This document shows positions 8,717 to 19,211 of a stretch of DNA of 64,000 nt, piece by piece. The position numbers and the translations under genes are program-made. A model generated the notes under the pieces. The model saw nothing but the letters and a program-made list of their open reading frames with translations. It made no database searches and had not been told where the DNA came from. How positions within the stretch are numbered: position 1 is the stretch's first letter; every line of letters begins with the position of its first letter. Origin of the DNA: a bacterium (GTDB lineage: Bacteria; UBA8248); assembly GCA_963692865.2 (NCBI GenBank), contig OY843592.1, positions 352,001 through 416,000 of the forward strand, read 5' to 3'.

Positions 8717-10498
8717 CAAAACGGTTCGCTCGCCGATGGCCGGCTCTCCGTGCCCCAGACCGGGAAGCTCCCAGGCGCCGGCGCCCACCGGGTTCCCCTC
8801 TCCCTGGATGTTCGCGTCGATCACGTAGGGACGCCCGGCCTTCACCGCCGCATCCACCGCCTCGCTCAAATCGGCCGCCTTGTCCACCCGCACGCCCGTG
8901 ATGCCGGCGGACTCCGCCATGGCGGCGAAATCGGGATTATACGGCGTAGCGGAGGCGTGCTCCTGGAAATCGGTGGCCAACTCCCGGCCGCCCAGGTAGC
9001 CCCGCTGAAGCCCCCGGATGGAGGCGAAGGCGTAGTTGTTCCAGACGACCCAGACGGCGGGTATGTCGTATTCCACCGCCGTGGTGATGGCGCTCAGGTG
9101 CATGGCGAAAGCGCCGTCCCCGCACACCGAGACGCAGGGCCTCTCCGGCGCGGCCAGCTTGGCGCCCAGCACGCCCGCCACGCCGAAGCCCATCGCTCCG
9201 AATCCCATGGAGCCGATGAGCGATTGCGGCCCCTTGGGGCGGCAGCACTGGAGCAGCCAGTTGTGGTGGACGCCGACGTCGCTGATGAGGATGGCGTCAT
9301 CCGGCAGGGCCCTGTCGATCTCATAAGCCGCCCGCTGGGGGTGGATGGGCTCGGTGTCCTCCCGGTAGCCGGGCGCGGTGAACTCCTCCCACTCGTTTCG
9401 CCAGCCGTCGATCTCCCGGAGCCAGTCCGCCCGCGCCGGGGGGATTTCCGCGTCTTCCGCACCGAGCGCTTCGTTCACCTGATCGAGAAAGACGTCCACG
9501 TCCGCCATGAGGCCTAAGGCTACGGGGTAGTTCCGCGCGATCTCCTCGGGGTCGATATCCACATGGATCAGCTTCGTCGGCGGGATGTTGAAAGAATATC
9601 CCGGCAGCCAGCTGCTCGAGGTGCGATCGTCGAAGCGGACGCCGAGCGCGAGCAGTACGTCCGCCTGTCGCGCTGCGTGGTTCGCAGGATAAGTCCCGTT
9701 TCTGGCGATGAGTCCCAAGGCCAAGGGATGACTCGCGTCGATGGCCCCCATCCCGCTCGATGAGCACGCCACGGGAATGTTCAGCTTCTCGGCGAGCGCG
9801 ACCATCTTCGCCGCCGCGCCCGCGTATTTCACGCCCTGCCCCACCAGGATCACGGGCCGCTCGGCGGTCGAGAGCATCTGGACGGCCTTTTTCACCCCTT
9901 CGGGGTCCGCCCCGCAGCGGCAGGAGACGTTCGCGTTCCACTCAGACGCCTGCGGCATATCGACCTCGGTTTCCTCCTTGAAGACGTCGAACGGCACGTC
10001 GAGCACGACGGGACCGCGCCTGCCCGTCATCATCGTCTTCCACGCCTGGCGCGTGAACTGCGGCACCATCTCCGCCCGCGTGGGCTGGTACACCCGCTTG
10101 CAGTAGGCCTGCACGGTCGAGGGAAAATCCGCCTGGTAGTGGCGGTAGGTCTCCTGGAACGCGCCCCGGTTGAACTGGTTGGTGGGGACGTTGCCCGTCA
10201 CGGCCAGGAAGGGGACCGAATCGAAAAAGGCGTTGGCCAGGGAAATCGGCATGTTGGCCGAACCCGGCCCGCAGGAGGTGAACGTCGCCACCGGCCTGCC
10301 CGCCACGCGGTAATAGGCGTCAGCCATGAAGCCGGAGAGCGACTCGTGGCGCACCGAGAGCGTCTTGATCTCATCAGCGCGCTCATGGAGCGCGTCCAGG
10401 AAACTGATGTTCCCGTGTCCGCACAAGCCGAAGACGTAGGGAACATTTTCCTGAATCAGGTAATCGACGATGATCTGGCCACCATTCATGCGGGTCAA
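8714..10498 (-). CDS. Thiamine diphosphate-dependent enzyme (acetolactate synthase/IolD-like superfamily)
   Basis: VFGLCGHGN, VRHE, CGPGSAN, GRRGPVVLDVP and the ThDP motif GDGAF...WNN. Confidence 0.9.
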   Translation of the reverse strand: MTRMNGGQIIVDYLIQENVPYVFGLCGHGNISFLDALHERADEIKTLSVRHESLSGFMADAYYRVAGRPVATFTSCGPGSANMPISLANAFFDSVPFLAVTGNVPTNQFNRGAFQETYRHYQADFPSTVQAYCKRVYQPTRAEMVPQFTRQAWKTMMTGRRGPVVLDVPFDVFKEETEVDMPQASEWNANVSCRCGADPEGVKKAVQMLSTAERPVILVGQGVKYAGAAAKMVALAEKLNIPVACSSSGMGAIDASHPLALGLIARNGTYPANHAARQADVLLALGVRFDDRTSSSWLPGYSFNIPPTKLIHVDIDPEEIARNYPVALGLMADVDVFLDQVNEALGAEDAEIPPARADWLREIDGWRNEWEEFTAPGYREDTEPIHPQRAAYEIDRALPDDAILISDVGVHHNWLLQCCRPKGPQSLIGSMGFGAMGFGVAGVLGAKLAAPERPCVSVCGDGAFAMHLSAITTAVEYDIPAVWVVWNNYAFASIRGLQRGYLGGRELATDFQEHASATPYNPDFAAMAESAGITGVRVDKAADLSEAVDAAVKAGRPYVIDANIQGEGNPVGAGAWELPGLGHGEPAIGERTVL

Positions 10499-10611
10499 AA
10501 TGCGGCTCCTCAGGAGAGAATCGGGAAACTACCGGGGACGCATCGCCCGGAAAACAAAGAGCGACACATCAGATCTTGACCGGGATGATGCGGAAACATG
10601 AACGCCCGGAG

Positions 10612-11514
10612 TTACCAGCCTGACGGCTCGCTCTCGAAAATCCCGAGCGATTCGAGCGTCTTTTTCGTGTGGGCCTTGGCGTCATCGTCTGGCGGCAGAA
10701 TGGGTTTTCGCGTCTCCCCGACGGGCCGGCCCATGAGTTCCATCGCGTACTTGACGGTTGCGGGGTAGTTCGCCTGCAACAAGTGCAGGAGCACGTCCAT
10801 CTTGTATTGCAGGGCGCGCGCTTTGTCGTAATCTCCCGAGGCGCAGGCCTCATACAAGGACAGAACCATCCTCGGAGCGACCTCCCCGCAATTGGAGAAC
10901 GACCCCGAGCCGCCGACGGGAATCGACGTGAGCAGCCATTCGATTCCGGTGAAGACCGAGAAATCCGCGCGAGCGGCCGAAGCGATGCGGCATGCGCCCG
11001 TAAAATAGTTCATGTCGAAACTGGCGTCTTTCAAGGCGTGTAAGTTCGGGAGTTTTTCGAGCATCTCTTCCAGCATGTCGTGGGAGATGGTCACCTGGAG
11101 CCTGGGGTTGTTGTAGGCGATCATCGCGACATCAACGCACTTGCCCATCGTGAGGAAATAATCCAGATGGGCTTCGTCATCAGGCGCCCAATGATAAGGC
11201 GAGAGCACGACGATTCCCGTTGCGCCGATTGCCTCGGAGTGCCTCGCCAAATCAATGGAAATATCCGGTCCCGAAGAGGTCACGTTCACGAATACGGGCG
11301 CGCGGCCCGCCGCAGCGTCCACCAGCAGACGCGCCAATTCCTTGCGTTCGCGCTCGCTCAGGTTCAAGGACTCGCCGATGTGCATGGGATGGGCGATGAA
11401 GGGAAAACCCTGTTCGATCAGAAAATCGACTTGCCTGGCGAAAGTGTCGTAATCAACGGCGCCGTCGGGCCCAAACGCCGTCGTGGGCGCTCCCATGATG
11501 CCCTTGAGCTTCAT
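10612..11514 (-). CDS. Dihydrodipicolinate synthase/N-acetylneuraminate lyase family aldolase
   Basis: MKLKGI, GES.NLS..ER, IAYNNP and Schiff-base LKDAS. GGAGG RBS. Confidence 0.85.
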   Translation of the reverse strand: MKLKGIMGAPTTAFGPDGAVDYDTFARQVDFLIEQGFPFIAHPMHIGESLNLSERERKELARLLVDAAAGRAPVFVNVTSSGPDISIDLARHSEAIGATGIVVLSPYHWAPDDEAHLDYFLTMGKCVDVAMIAYNNPRLQVTISHDMLEEMLEKLPNLHALKDASFDMNYFTGACRIASAARADFSVFTGIEWLLTSIPVGGSGSFSNCGEVAPRMVLSLYEACASGDYDKARALQYKMDVLLHLLQANYPATVKYAMELMGRPVGETRKPILPPDDDAKAHTKKTLESLGIFESEPSGW

Positions 11515-11595
11515 TCGGCCTCCCTCCCTCGGGTGGTGGATTCCGAAACCCATGCGCTCCAGGCGCCTTTCTGTCTCCGAGTCTCGTTCTCTTTA

Positions 11596-13356
11596 TTAGA
11601 CCGAGAGCTCTTCCATGCTTCCGAGTTTCCTGAAGACAATCGTTCCCAGCAGGAGGAGCGCAGTCTGAACGAGAGCGAACGCCGCCACGACGCCCAAAGC
11701 CTCGTTTTCCTGCAAGATGTAGAGCGCCACCGCCATGGGAGCGCTGTCTTCCGTCGCCAGGAGCACCGACACCGGCAATTCCCTGATGAACATGATGAAC
11801 AACATCAGATAAGCCGCAAAGATGCCCGGCCTCAAGAGCGGCACCGTGATCTTCTTTATCGTGGCGACGAACGAGGAGCCGCAGATTCTGGCGCTTTCTT
11901 CGAGTTCGGAGCTCAGCGATTGGAGCACCGAAGATATTGTTCTGAGACCATAGGGCAGATAGCGCGTCATATACGCCATCATGAGCAATAGCATGGGCAA
12001 CGCATAAAGCGGCGTCTTGATCCAAGTGATGAGAAAAGCCATGCCCATGATGAGGCCCGGCACGCCGATAGGCAGGGTGCTCAGGTAATCGACCGCGCCG
12101 CTGAGCTTCTTGTTCCTGCCCCTGAGAATCACCATGGAGAGGAACGTGCACAGCACCACAGTGATGAACCCTCCCACCAACCCGAGGATGAGACTGTTCT
12201 TGGTGGCGCGGACGGCGTACTCGTATTCAAACAAAACATACGCCCAGTTGTAGATGGAAAGTTGGCTCCAGCGGAATCCGCCCAGCCAGGCGCGGTTGAA
12301 CGACGCCAGCATGAGCGCTCCCAGCGGGAGGATGACCGCCAGAAGAACGTAAAAACAATTGAAAGCGAGCGCGACGTATTTCCAGTGTCCCAAAGAAACG
12401 CGGCTGGGGCGGTAGCCTTTCCCCGTCACGGTCACGTAACTTCTCGGCGCGATAATCTTTCTCTGGATATAGAGTCCCAGCGCGGTAAACACCATCAGGA
12501 CGCTTCCCAGCGCCGCCGCCCCGCCGATGTCCAGGGGGTATTCCTCCATCTTCGTATAAATGATCGTCGAGAGCGTCGATATTCTCGCGATAGGCCCCAG
12601 CAGGCTTGGCACGCCGAAAACACCCATGCTCACCACGAAAACGATGATCGCTCCGGAGAGCATCGCAGGCGTGGAAAGCGGAATCGTCACCCTCAGGGCC
12701 GTACGCAAAACGCCGGTCCCGCATACCCGCGCGGACTCCTCGAGGGCCGGGTCCATCCGATTCAGGGAGCCTATCGTAAACAGATACATGTAGGGCGTAT
12801 AAAACAGCGCCATCACCATGACGATCCCGGTCATCGAATAGATGTTGAAAGGCGGGGCCGACAACCCGAAGAGATCGATCATCCAGCGGTTCAACATGCC
12901 CGTCCTCGGGGCGGCCAGCGCCCACCAAGCGACGGCCCCCAGGAAGGAAGACAGAAAGAAGGGGATCAGGGTCAACGCCTCCAGAATCCTCCGGAAAGGC
13001 ATATCGGTCCGCGCATGGAACCAGGCGAGCGAAACGCCCGTCAGACAAGAGAATACCGATGTTCCCAACGCAATGATCAGGGTATTCAGCGAAGCGTCGA
13101 ACACTTCGGAAGTGGAAAAGGTCTTCGTGAAGTTCGTGAACGTGAATATGGACTTTCCGGATTCGGGGTGGGTCACGAACGCGCTGTAGAGAAACACGGA
13201 TACCGGCAGGATGGCGAGAACGGTGAGCAGACCGAGGGAACCCAGTTTCAGCGTGTTTTCAGAGTTGAAAAAACGCCCCGCGGGAGCGGAGGCCGAAGCG
13301 GCCGGTTTCGCTCCGGCGCCTCGGGCCTCCAACTCCGTTTTTGATACGTTGCTCAA
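11596..13356 (-). CDS. ABC transporter permease, duplicated FbpB-type
   Basis: Two EAA-like loops (LEESARVCG, LEESARICG) and many TM segments. Confidence 0.9.
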   Translation of the reverse strand: MSNVSKTELEARGAGAKPAASASAPAGRFFNSENTLKLGSLGLLTVLAILPVSVFLYSAFVTHPESGKSIFTFTNFTKTFSTSEVFDASLNTLIIALGTSVFSCLTGVSLAWFHARTDMPFRRILEALTLIPFFLSSFLGAVAWWALAAPRTGMLNRWMIDLFGLSAPPFNIYSMTGIVMVMALFYTPYMYLFTIGSLNRMDPALEESARVCGTGVLRTALRVTIPLSTPAMLSGAIIVFVVSMGVFGVPSLLGPIARISTLSTIIYTKMEEYPLDIGGAAALGSVLMVFTALGLYIQRKIIAPRSYVTVTGKGYRPSRVSLGHWKYVALAFNCFYVLLAVILPLGALMLASFNRAWLGGFRWSQLSIYNWAYVLFEYEYAVRATKNSLILGLVGGFITVVLCTFLSMVILRGRNKKLSGAVDYLSTLPIGVPGLIMGMAFLITWIKTPLYALPMLLLMMAYMTRYLPYGLRTISSVLQSLSSELEESARICGSSFVATIKKITVPLLRPGIFAAYLMLFIMFIRELPVSVLLATEDSAPMAVALYILQENEALGVVAAFALVQTALLLLGTIVFRKLGSMEELSV

Positions 13357-13384
13357 TGCCTGACCCCTCGGGTATTACGCATCG

Positions 13385-14530
13385 CTATTTCTTCGTCCCC
13401 GATCCGAACACTTCGATGAATTCCGCCTTCCATTTCTTCACGTCCGAGGGCGTGATTTTGCTCCAGTCGGTCGGGATGACGTTGATCTTGTCGATGGGCG
13501 GCGCGATGCCGTCTTTCGCCAGGATGAGCTTGTTGATCTTCTCATCCTTGTGCGGCGGCAGCGGCCTGCCGGAATTGAGCGGATTATAGTTGAGGAGCAT
13601 GTGGTGGCCTCTTACGCTCCGCCAGTAATCGACGAACAGCTTCGCCATGTTGGGGTTTTTCGCTTTCGCCATGATCACGGAACCGATGGGAAGCGCGACT
13701 ACGCCTTCTTTGGGGTAGATGGGGTCCATCTTCACACCGGCTTTCTTCGCAATCCAGTTGTGCCTGGCCATAATCGTCGTTCCGAGCCAGTATTCCCCCG
13801 CCATGAGGGAGCGTCTCTGCGCGGAGCCTCTCGCCATCACGCCGGCGCCTGCGGCGCTTAATTTCTGAAAGTAGCTCTTTGGCAGCCGCTCGCGAAGTCC
13901 CTTGTACCAAAGCGTGTACGTCTCGGAGGGCCTCGCATCGCCGACCAGCACCTTGCCCTTGAACTCGGGTCTCAGCAAATCGTACCAACTCGTCAGCTTG
14001 ACGTTGCCCGCCAAATCTCGGTTGACGGCCATCGTGTTGATTTGCCCATCGGACACCCAGTAGCCGTCACCGTTCATGTTCGCTTTTTCCGCCAGGTTGT
14101 AATGCTTGTCTTCCGGCGAGACGTATTTCATCAAATGCCCGCGCCGCTTCATCGAGTGCAGCCAGGAGGCCGCAGCCAGCACGACCACATCCACGGAAAG
14201 CTTGTTGGCCTTGATCTCCTGCTCGAAACGCTTGATGAGCGTACCGGAGCGCCTGTTGGCGAAACGGAATTTCACCTTCGGCAGTCCGTAGAGTTTCTTG
14301 AAGGCCTTTTCCATCGCTTTGGCCGCTTTCACGGGAGCAAGGTTCGTGGCCCAGGAGAAATTGCCTTCTTTTCTGGCGCCTTCAATCAATTTTGCCACGC
14401 GGGCTTTTTCCGCGCCTTTGAGTTCTTTCAGGATGGGCGCCTCTGCAGCGTGGGCGGGACCGCCCAGCGTGAACGTATATGCCAGTAATACCGCCACTCC
14501 AAGTGTGCAAATCAATCTTGTTTTCATCAA
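13385..14530 (-). CDS. ABC extracellular solute-binding protein (FbpA/PotD-like)
   Basis: Signal peptide, SWYDLLRPEFKGK, YPKEG, AKNPNMAKLFVDY. The exact start codon is uncertain. Confidence 0.85.
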   Translation of the reverse strand: MMKTRLICTLGVAVLLAYTFTLGGPAHAAEAPILKELKGAEKARVAKLIEGARKEGNFSWATNLAPVKAAKAMEKAFKKLYGLPKVKFRFANRRSGTLIKRFEQEIKANKLSVDVVVLAAASWLHSMKRRGHLMKYVSPEDKHYNLAEKANMNGDGYWVSDGQINTMAVNRDLAGNVKLTSWYDLLRPEFKGKVLVGDARPSETYTLWYKGLRERLPKSYFQKLSAAGAGVMARGSAQRRSLMAGEYWLGTTIMARHNWIAKKAGVKMDPIYPKEGVVALPIGSVIMAKAKNPNMAKLFVDYWRSVRGHHMLLNYNPLNSGRPLPPHKDEKINKLILAKDGIAPPIDKINVIPTDWSKITPSDVKKWKAEFIEVFGSGTKK

Positions 14531-14599
14531 CATTTCTCCCAAGGAAATAGTAAAGAAAAAACCGGTTCCGCGCAGGAAAGCATTCGGTATGCCCTCCCT

Positions 14600-15694
14600 T
14601 CAATCACGCAACACCACGCACCTTGAGGGAGATATGCTCATGGTTGCGGGCTGACCAACCAGAATCTCCGCATCGCCACGAACGTGCACCCTCAATTCCA
14701 GACTGCCCGATTGAACCAGGCAATCCCAGGATTGCCCCAGATAAACGGCATCGCTTACCTGGCCCTTCAAAACGTTGTTGTCGTTCGGCCCGTCATCTGC
14801 GAATTCGATGTATTCGGGCCGAACGGTGACCAGCAGATCGGATCCGACCGGAATATCGCGCTCGATCCCTTTCGCGCAGAGGATTTTCGATTCCAGGGAC
14901 GGGACTTCCACCCAAAGGCCTTTACTGTCGTCTCTTTCAGCCGCTTTGCCTTCGAGAATGTTCGTCACGCCGATGAAATCGGCGACGAAACTGTTGGCCG
15001 GTTCGTTGTATGTGGCGTGCGGGTCCCCTTCCTGTTGTATCTTTCCATCTCTCATGACGATGATCCGATCGCTCATCACCATGGCTTCGGCCTGATCGTG
15101 AGTGACGTAAATGGCCGTCAGTTTGAGTTCCTTGATCAGGTTGGCCAATTCGACCCGCATGCGTTCACGCAGCTTCGCATCGAGGTTGCTCAGCGGCTCA
15201 TCGAAAAGAAGAACGCGCGGGTTGTAGGCCAACGCGCGGGCGAGGGATACCCGCTGCTGTTGTCCTCCGGAGAGTTTCGTGGCGTTTCTTTCGCCCAGAC
15301 CGCTCAAGCCGACGAGTTCGAGCGCATTGACGACCTTTTCGTTCACTTCAGCGCGACTCGCCCCCTGGGCCTGAATGCCGTAAGCGACGTTCTCTGAAAC
15401 CGACATGTGGGGCCATATGGCGTAAGACTGAAACACCATGCCGAGGCGGCGCTTCTCGGGCGGCAGGCAAACTCCGTTGCGGCTCGAAGTGAACACTTCG
15501 TCCGCGATGAGGATGTCTCCCTCATCAGGGGTTTCGAGTCCTGCAATGCAGCGAAGCGTCGTCGTCTTCCCGCACCCGCTCGGACCCAGCAGGGTCACGA
15601 ATTCACCCTCTCCCACGGTGAAGCTGACGTTATCCACCGCCAGGGTTTCCGTACCGAAGCGTTTCACCAAGTCCTTTACGACTACTTCCGCCAT
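14600..15694 (-). CDS. ABC transporter ATP-binding protein (FbpC/PotA-like, TOBE C-terminus)
   Basis: GPSGCGKT, LSGGQQQR, LLFDEPLSNLD, YVTHDQ. Confidence 0.95.
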   Translation of the reverse strand: MAEVVVKDLVKRFGTETLAVDNVSFTVGEGEFVTLLGPSGCGKTTTLRCIAGLETPDEGDILIADEVFTSSRNGVCLPPEKRRLGMVFQSYAIWPHMSVSENVAYGIQAQGASRAEVNEKVVNALELVGLSGLGERNATKLSGGQQQRVSLARALAYNPRVLLFDEPLSNLDAKLRERMRVELANLIKELKLTAIYVTHDQAEAMVMSDRIIVMRDGKIQQEGDPHATYNEPANSFVADFIGVTNILEGKAAERDDSKGLWVEVPSLESKILCAKGIERDIPVGSDLLVTVRPEYIEFADDGPNDNNVLKGQVSDAVYLGQSWDCLVQSGSLELRVHVRGDAEILVGQPATMSISPSRCVVLRD

Positions 15695-15779
15695 GCAGAG
15701 GTCCTATTCATAAGTGCCATGTATGTATTGGTAATACGTTCATCCTATTTCATATCCATCAAGAATGTAAGTCGTGCGG

Positions 15780-17432
15780 TCATGAATTCGCAGAATGCCC
15801 GATTGCGGCATCCTCTTGCTCGATTTCGTTCGGCATCAAATGAAAGCCCTCGTATCCCGCCTCCACGATTTTCGCGCATTTTTTCGAATAGACGTCGAAC
15901 CCGGCGATGTAGGGCATGAACACGCGCGGCTTGCCCGGTACGTTCGCCCCCAGATACCAGGAGGCGCACTTGTAGCGAATCGTCTTGGCGGTCTCCTCGT
16001 TGTTGTGCGCCACCCAGGCGTCTTCCGCCTCCACCGAAGCCTCGATGGACTTCATCCCGTTTTCGCGCAGATACGCGAGGCACGCGCCTATCCACTCGAC
16101 GTGATGGTCGATGGAGGTCTGCATGTTCGTCAGCACCGAGGGGCTCCCCGGACCGGTGATGGTGAACATGTTCGGGAATCCGGCCGTCATGAGGCCGAGA
16201 TAGGTGCGGGGGCCTTCTCTCCACTTGTCCTGCAGGGTGCGTCCGCCGCGCCCTCTGATGTCGATCCTGAGCAGGGTCCCCGTCATGGCGTCGAACCCCG
16301 TCGCCAGGATGAGGGTGTCGATGTCATACACTTGGCCCCCCGTCATCACCCCCTCTGGCGTTATCTTCTCGATGGGCGATTCGCTCACGTCGACCAGGCG
16401 CACGTTCGGGCGGTTGTAAGCCTCGTAATACTCCGTAACGACGCAGAGGCGCTTGCATCCGATGACGGTCGTGGGGCAAAGCAGTTCCGCGGTTTTCGGA
16501 TCCTTCACGACCGAGCGAATCTTGTTGCGGACGAATTCGCCCGCCGTCCGGTTCGCCTCCTCGCTGTAGCGCAAATCCGTGAAGGCGGAGAGGAAGGGCA
16601 GACCCCCGTGCGCCCAGCGTTTCTCGAATTCGCGCTCGCGTTCTTCTTCGCCGACCTTCAGGGCCTCCCGCTCGCCGAAGGTCTGATCGAATCCCGTGGC
16701 CGACTTCTTGGCTCTCGCCCGGATTTGCGGGTAGTTCGCCTTCACCTCGCGCTCGCGCTCCTCGCCGAGGGGGCCGTTTTGCGCGGGCACGGCGTAGTGC
16801 GCCGTTCGTTGGAAGACGAACACTTCGTCCGCCTCACGCGCGATGATGGGAATCGACTGCATGGCGGATGAACCCGTGCCGATGACGCCCACCCGTTTCC
16901 CCGAGAAGTCCACCTTTTCGTGCGGCCAGAGTCCGGTGTGGTAGACGGGGCCGCCGAAGCCGTCCAGCCCCTCGAAGGCGGGAAAATTGGGCGAGGAGAG
17001 ACACCCGGTGGCCATCACGCAGAAGCCGGCCGAGACCCGCTCGCCGCCGTCCGTCTCGACGACCCAGCGGCTCGCCTCCTCATCGAATACGGCGGAGACG
17101 ATTCGCGTGTTGAACACGACGTCCCTTCTCAAATCGAAGCGCTCGGCCACGTGCTCGATATAGCTGAGAATCTCGGGCTGGGCGGCGTAGCGCTCGCTCC
17201 ACTCCCATTCCTGCTGGAGTTCTTCTGAGAACTGGTAGGAGTACTGGACGCTCTCCGTGTCGCATCGCGCGCCCGGGTAGCGGTTCCAGTACCAGGTGCC
17301 GCCCACGTCGCCGCCCGCCTCGTAGACGCGCGCCCTGAAACCGCGCGTGCGCAGCCTGTGGAGCATGAAAAGGCCGGCGACGCCCGCGCCGACGATGAGG
17401 ACATCGAGGTCCGGTTTATCGTTGCCTTTCAA
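15780..17432 (-). CDS. Type I Baeyer-Villiger monooxygenase (cyclohexanone/phenylacetone monooxygenase-like)
   Basis: GAGVAG, GGTWYWNRYPGARCD, BVMO fingerprint FGGPVYHTGLWP, GTGSS, ATGFDA. Confidence 0.93.
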   Translation of the reverse strand: MKGNDKPDLDVLIVGAGVAGLFMLHRLRTRGFRARVYEAGGDVGGTWYWNRYPGARCDTESVQYSYQFSEELQQEWEWSERYAAQPEILSYIEHVAERFDLRRDVVFNTRIVSAVFDEEASRWVVETDGGERVSAGFCVMATGCLSSPNFPAFEGLDGFGGPVYHTGLWPHEKVDFSGKRVGVIGTGSSAMQSIPIIAREADEVFVFQRTAHYAVPAQNGPLGEEREREVKANYPQIRARAKKSATGFDQTFGEREALKVGEEEREREFEKRWAHGGLPFLSAFTDLRYSEEANRTAGEFVRNKIRSVVKDPKTAELLCPTTVIGCKRLCVVTEYYEAYNRPNVRLVDVSESPIEKITPEGVMTGGQVYDIDTLILATGFDAMTGTLLRIDIRGRGGRTLQDKWREGPRTYLGLMTAGFPNMFTITGPGSPSVLTNMQTSIDHHVEWIGACLAYLRENGMKSIEASVEAEDAWVAHNNEETAKTIRYKCASWYLGANVPGKPRVFMPYIAGFDVYSKKCAKIVEAGYEGFHLMPNEIEQEDAAIGHSANS

Positions 17433-17750
17433 CCCTTACCCCTTTATTTCGTTTCTTTTTCCTGTAATCGGAGCATCGCACATTTTCTTTCATTTTTCGA
17501 TGAACGTTGCATATTTATCGAATTTTTCACTTATTCCGCTCAAGTGGCTTATTTCCACTATACCCACCGCCGACTGATGCCAAAAGTTGATGAACAACTA
17601 CGGGCGATTAAGGGGTATTGCCGACATTTGCAAGGACCATAAGGAGAAAGTCGGGCCTCATTATGGGAAATATACGCTTGACTGGCCAAGCGTATATTTC
17701 CCGTTCGATGAATCGCTTCGGTATTTCCCTGTGGATTTTGGGGGCGGGAG

Positions 17751-19211
17751 CTACCTCACCGCTGAAACACGGTTCCGGGATCTTCGCTTTCGGCGCCTCC
17801 TGGGTGCGCCGGCTACGGGTCCACCAGGAGCGGTCCGCTTCCCGGAAAAACCCGGATATTCGGGTTTCGACCCATTCGAAGCCGGCACGCCTGGCGGGGT
17901 CTGCTGTTCGGGTACGTTTCCATTTGATGCGGATCGACGGCTGCCGCCCGATGCGCCACGGCGCCTGGACGCTGCCCGCCCGGAGGCGGACGGTTTGGAC
18001 CGCTTCTGCCCTCCGGGCGCAGTGGCGCTTTGATGGGGGTGGTTTTCGACGATGGATATGGGCTGTTTCGTTACCCGCTCGATGTCGCGGAGAAAGGTCC
18101 GCTCTGAGGGGTCGCAGAATGAGAATGCGATTCCTTCGGCGCCCGCCCGTGCGGTTCTCCCGACACGGTGGACGTAGCTCTCGGGGATGTTGGGAAGCTC
18201 ATAGTTGATGACGTGGCTGACGCCGGAGATGTCGATGCCGCGCGCAGCAACGTCGGTGGCGACGAGAAGACGGGCGCGCCCGTTCCGGAATTTCTCGAGG
18301 GCGCTCTGACGAGCGTTCTGGGTCTTGTTGCCGTGTATGGCCTCTGTCGAAAAACCTGCTTTTTCGAGCTGCTCGGCGAGGCGGTTGGCCCCTCGCTTCG
18401 TGCGCATGAATACGAGCACGCGGCTCATGTCGGCGTCCTTGAGAAGGTGCGTCAGCAACGATCGCTTGTTTGGCGTGTCGGTAAAGAAAACCCGCTGGTC
18501 GACCTGCTCGACGGTGATAATTCTCGGGGAGACCTCGACCCGGACGGGATCGTTCAGTATGTCTCTGGCCAGGCGCGCGACGTCGGATGGCATGGTTGCC
18601 GAAAAAAGCATCGTCTGCCGCTTTTCAGGCAGGGAGACCATGATCTTCCGCACATCGCGCAGAAAGCCCATATCGAGCATTAGATCGGCCTCGTCCAGGA
18701 CGAGGTGGGATATCTGATCAAGGCGGACGTGGCCCTGCTCTTTCAGATCCAGCAGACGCCCGGGTGTGGCTACGAGGATGTCCACCCCGCCAGAGAGAGC
18801 GCGAACCTGAGAATGCTGGCTCACGCCGCCCAGGATGACAGTGTGGCGCAACGGCAGGCGCCGCCCGTAGGCGCGGAAGCTCTCCCCAATCTGGATGGCG
18901 AGTTCACGCGTGGGCGCAAGAATGAGGGCGCGCGGGGCGGGTCGCCGGCGGTTTCTTTCGCCACGATCTCCTTTGCCGCCGGGGGTTCTATACTCGCCCG
19001 GCCGGCCGGCGGAAAGATGCTGCAAGATGGGCAGGGCGAAGGCGGCGGTTTTTCCCGTGCCGGTCTGGGCGATGCCGAGCAGATCCTTTCCGGCGAGGAG
19101 TTGCGGAATAGACTGTTCCTGAATTGGGGTCGGGTGGGCGTAGTTCTCCGCGCGAAGGGCGCGTAGGAGTGGCTCGGCCACGCCGAGATCGGTGAATGAA
19201 CTTTGAAGCAT
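17751..19211 (-). CDS. rhlE: DEAD-box RNA helicase, RhlE-like
   Basis: Q motif, AQTGTGKT, PTRELA, TPGRL, DEAD, SAT, HRVGRTARAG and a basic R/G-rich tail. Confidence 0.88.
   Translation of the reverse strand: MLQSSFTDLGVAEPLLRALRAENYAHPTPIQEQSIPQLLAGKDLLGIAQTGTGKTAAFALPILQHLSAGRPGEYRTPGGKGDRGERNRRRPAPRALILAPTRELAIQIGESFRAYGRRLPLRHTVILGGVSQHSQVRALSGGVDILVATPGRLLDLKEQGHVRLDQISHLVLDEADLMLDMGFLRDVRKIMVSLPEKRQTMLFSATMPSDVARLARDILNDPVRVEVSPRIITVEQVDQRVFFTDTPNKRSLLTHLLKDADMSRVLVFMRTKRGANRLAEQLEKAGFSTEAIHGNKTQNARQSALEKFRNGRARLLVATDVAARGIDISGVSHVINYELPNIPESYVHRVGRTARAGAEGIAFSFCDPSERTFLRDIERVTKQPISIVENHPHQSATAPGGQKRSKPSASGRAASRRRGASGGSRRSASNGNVPEQQTPPGVPASNGSKPEYPGFSGKRTAPGGPVAGAPRRRRKRRSRNRVSAVR

Noticed and set aside
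17433-17750. AT-rich stretch with plus-strand ORFs starting at 17587 and 17618
   Set aside because: It reads as the promoter region of the BVMO cluster. The ORFs run antisense into the helicase tail and show no motifs.
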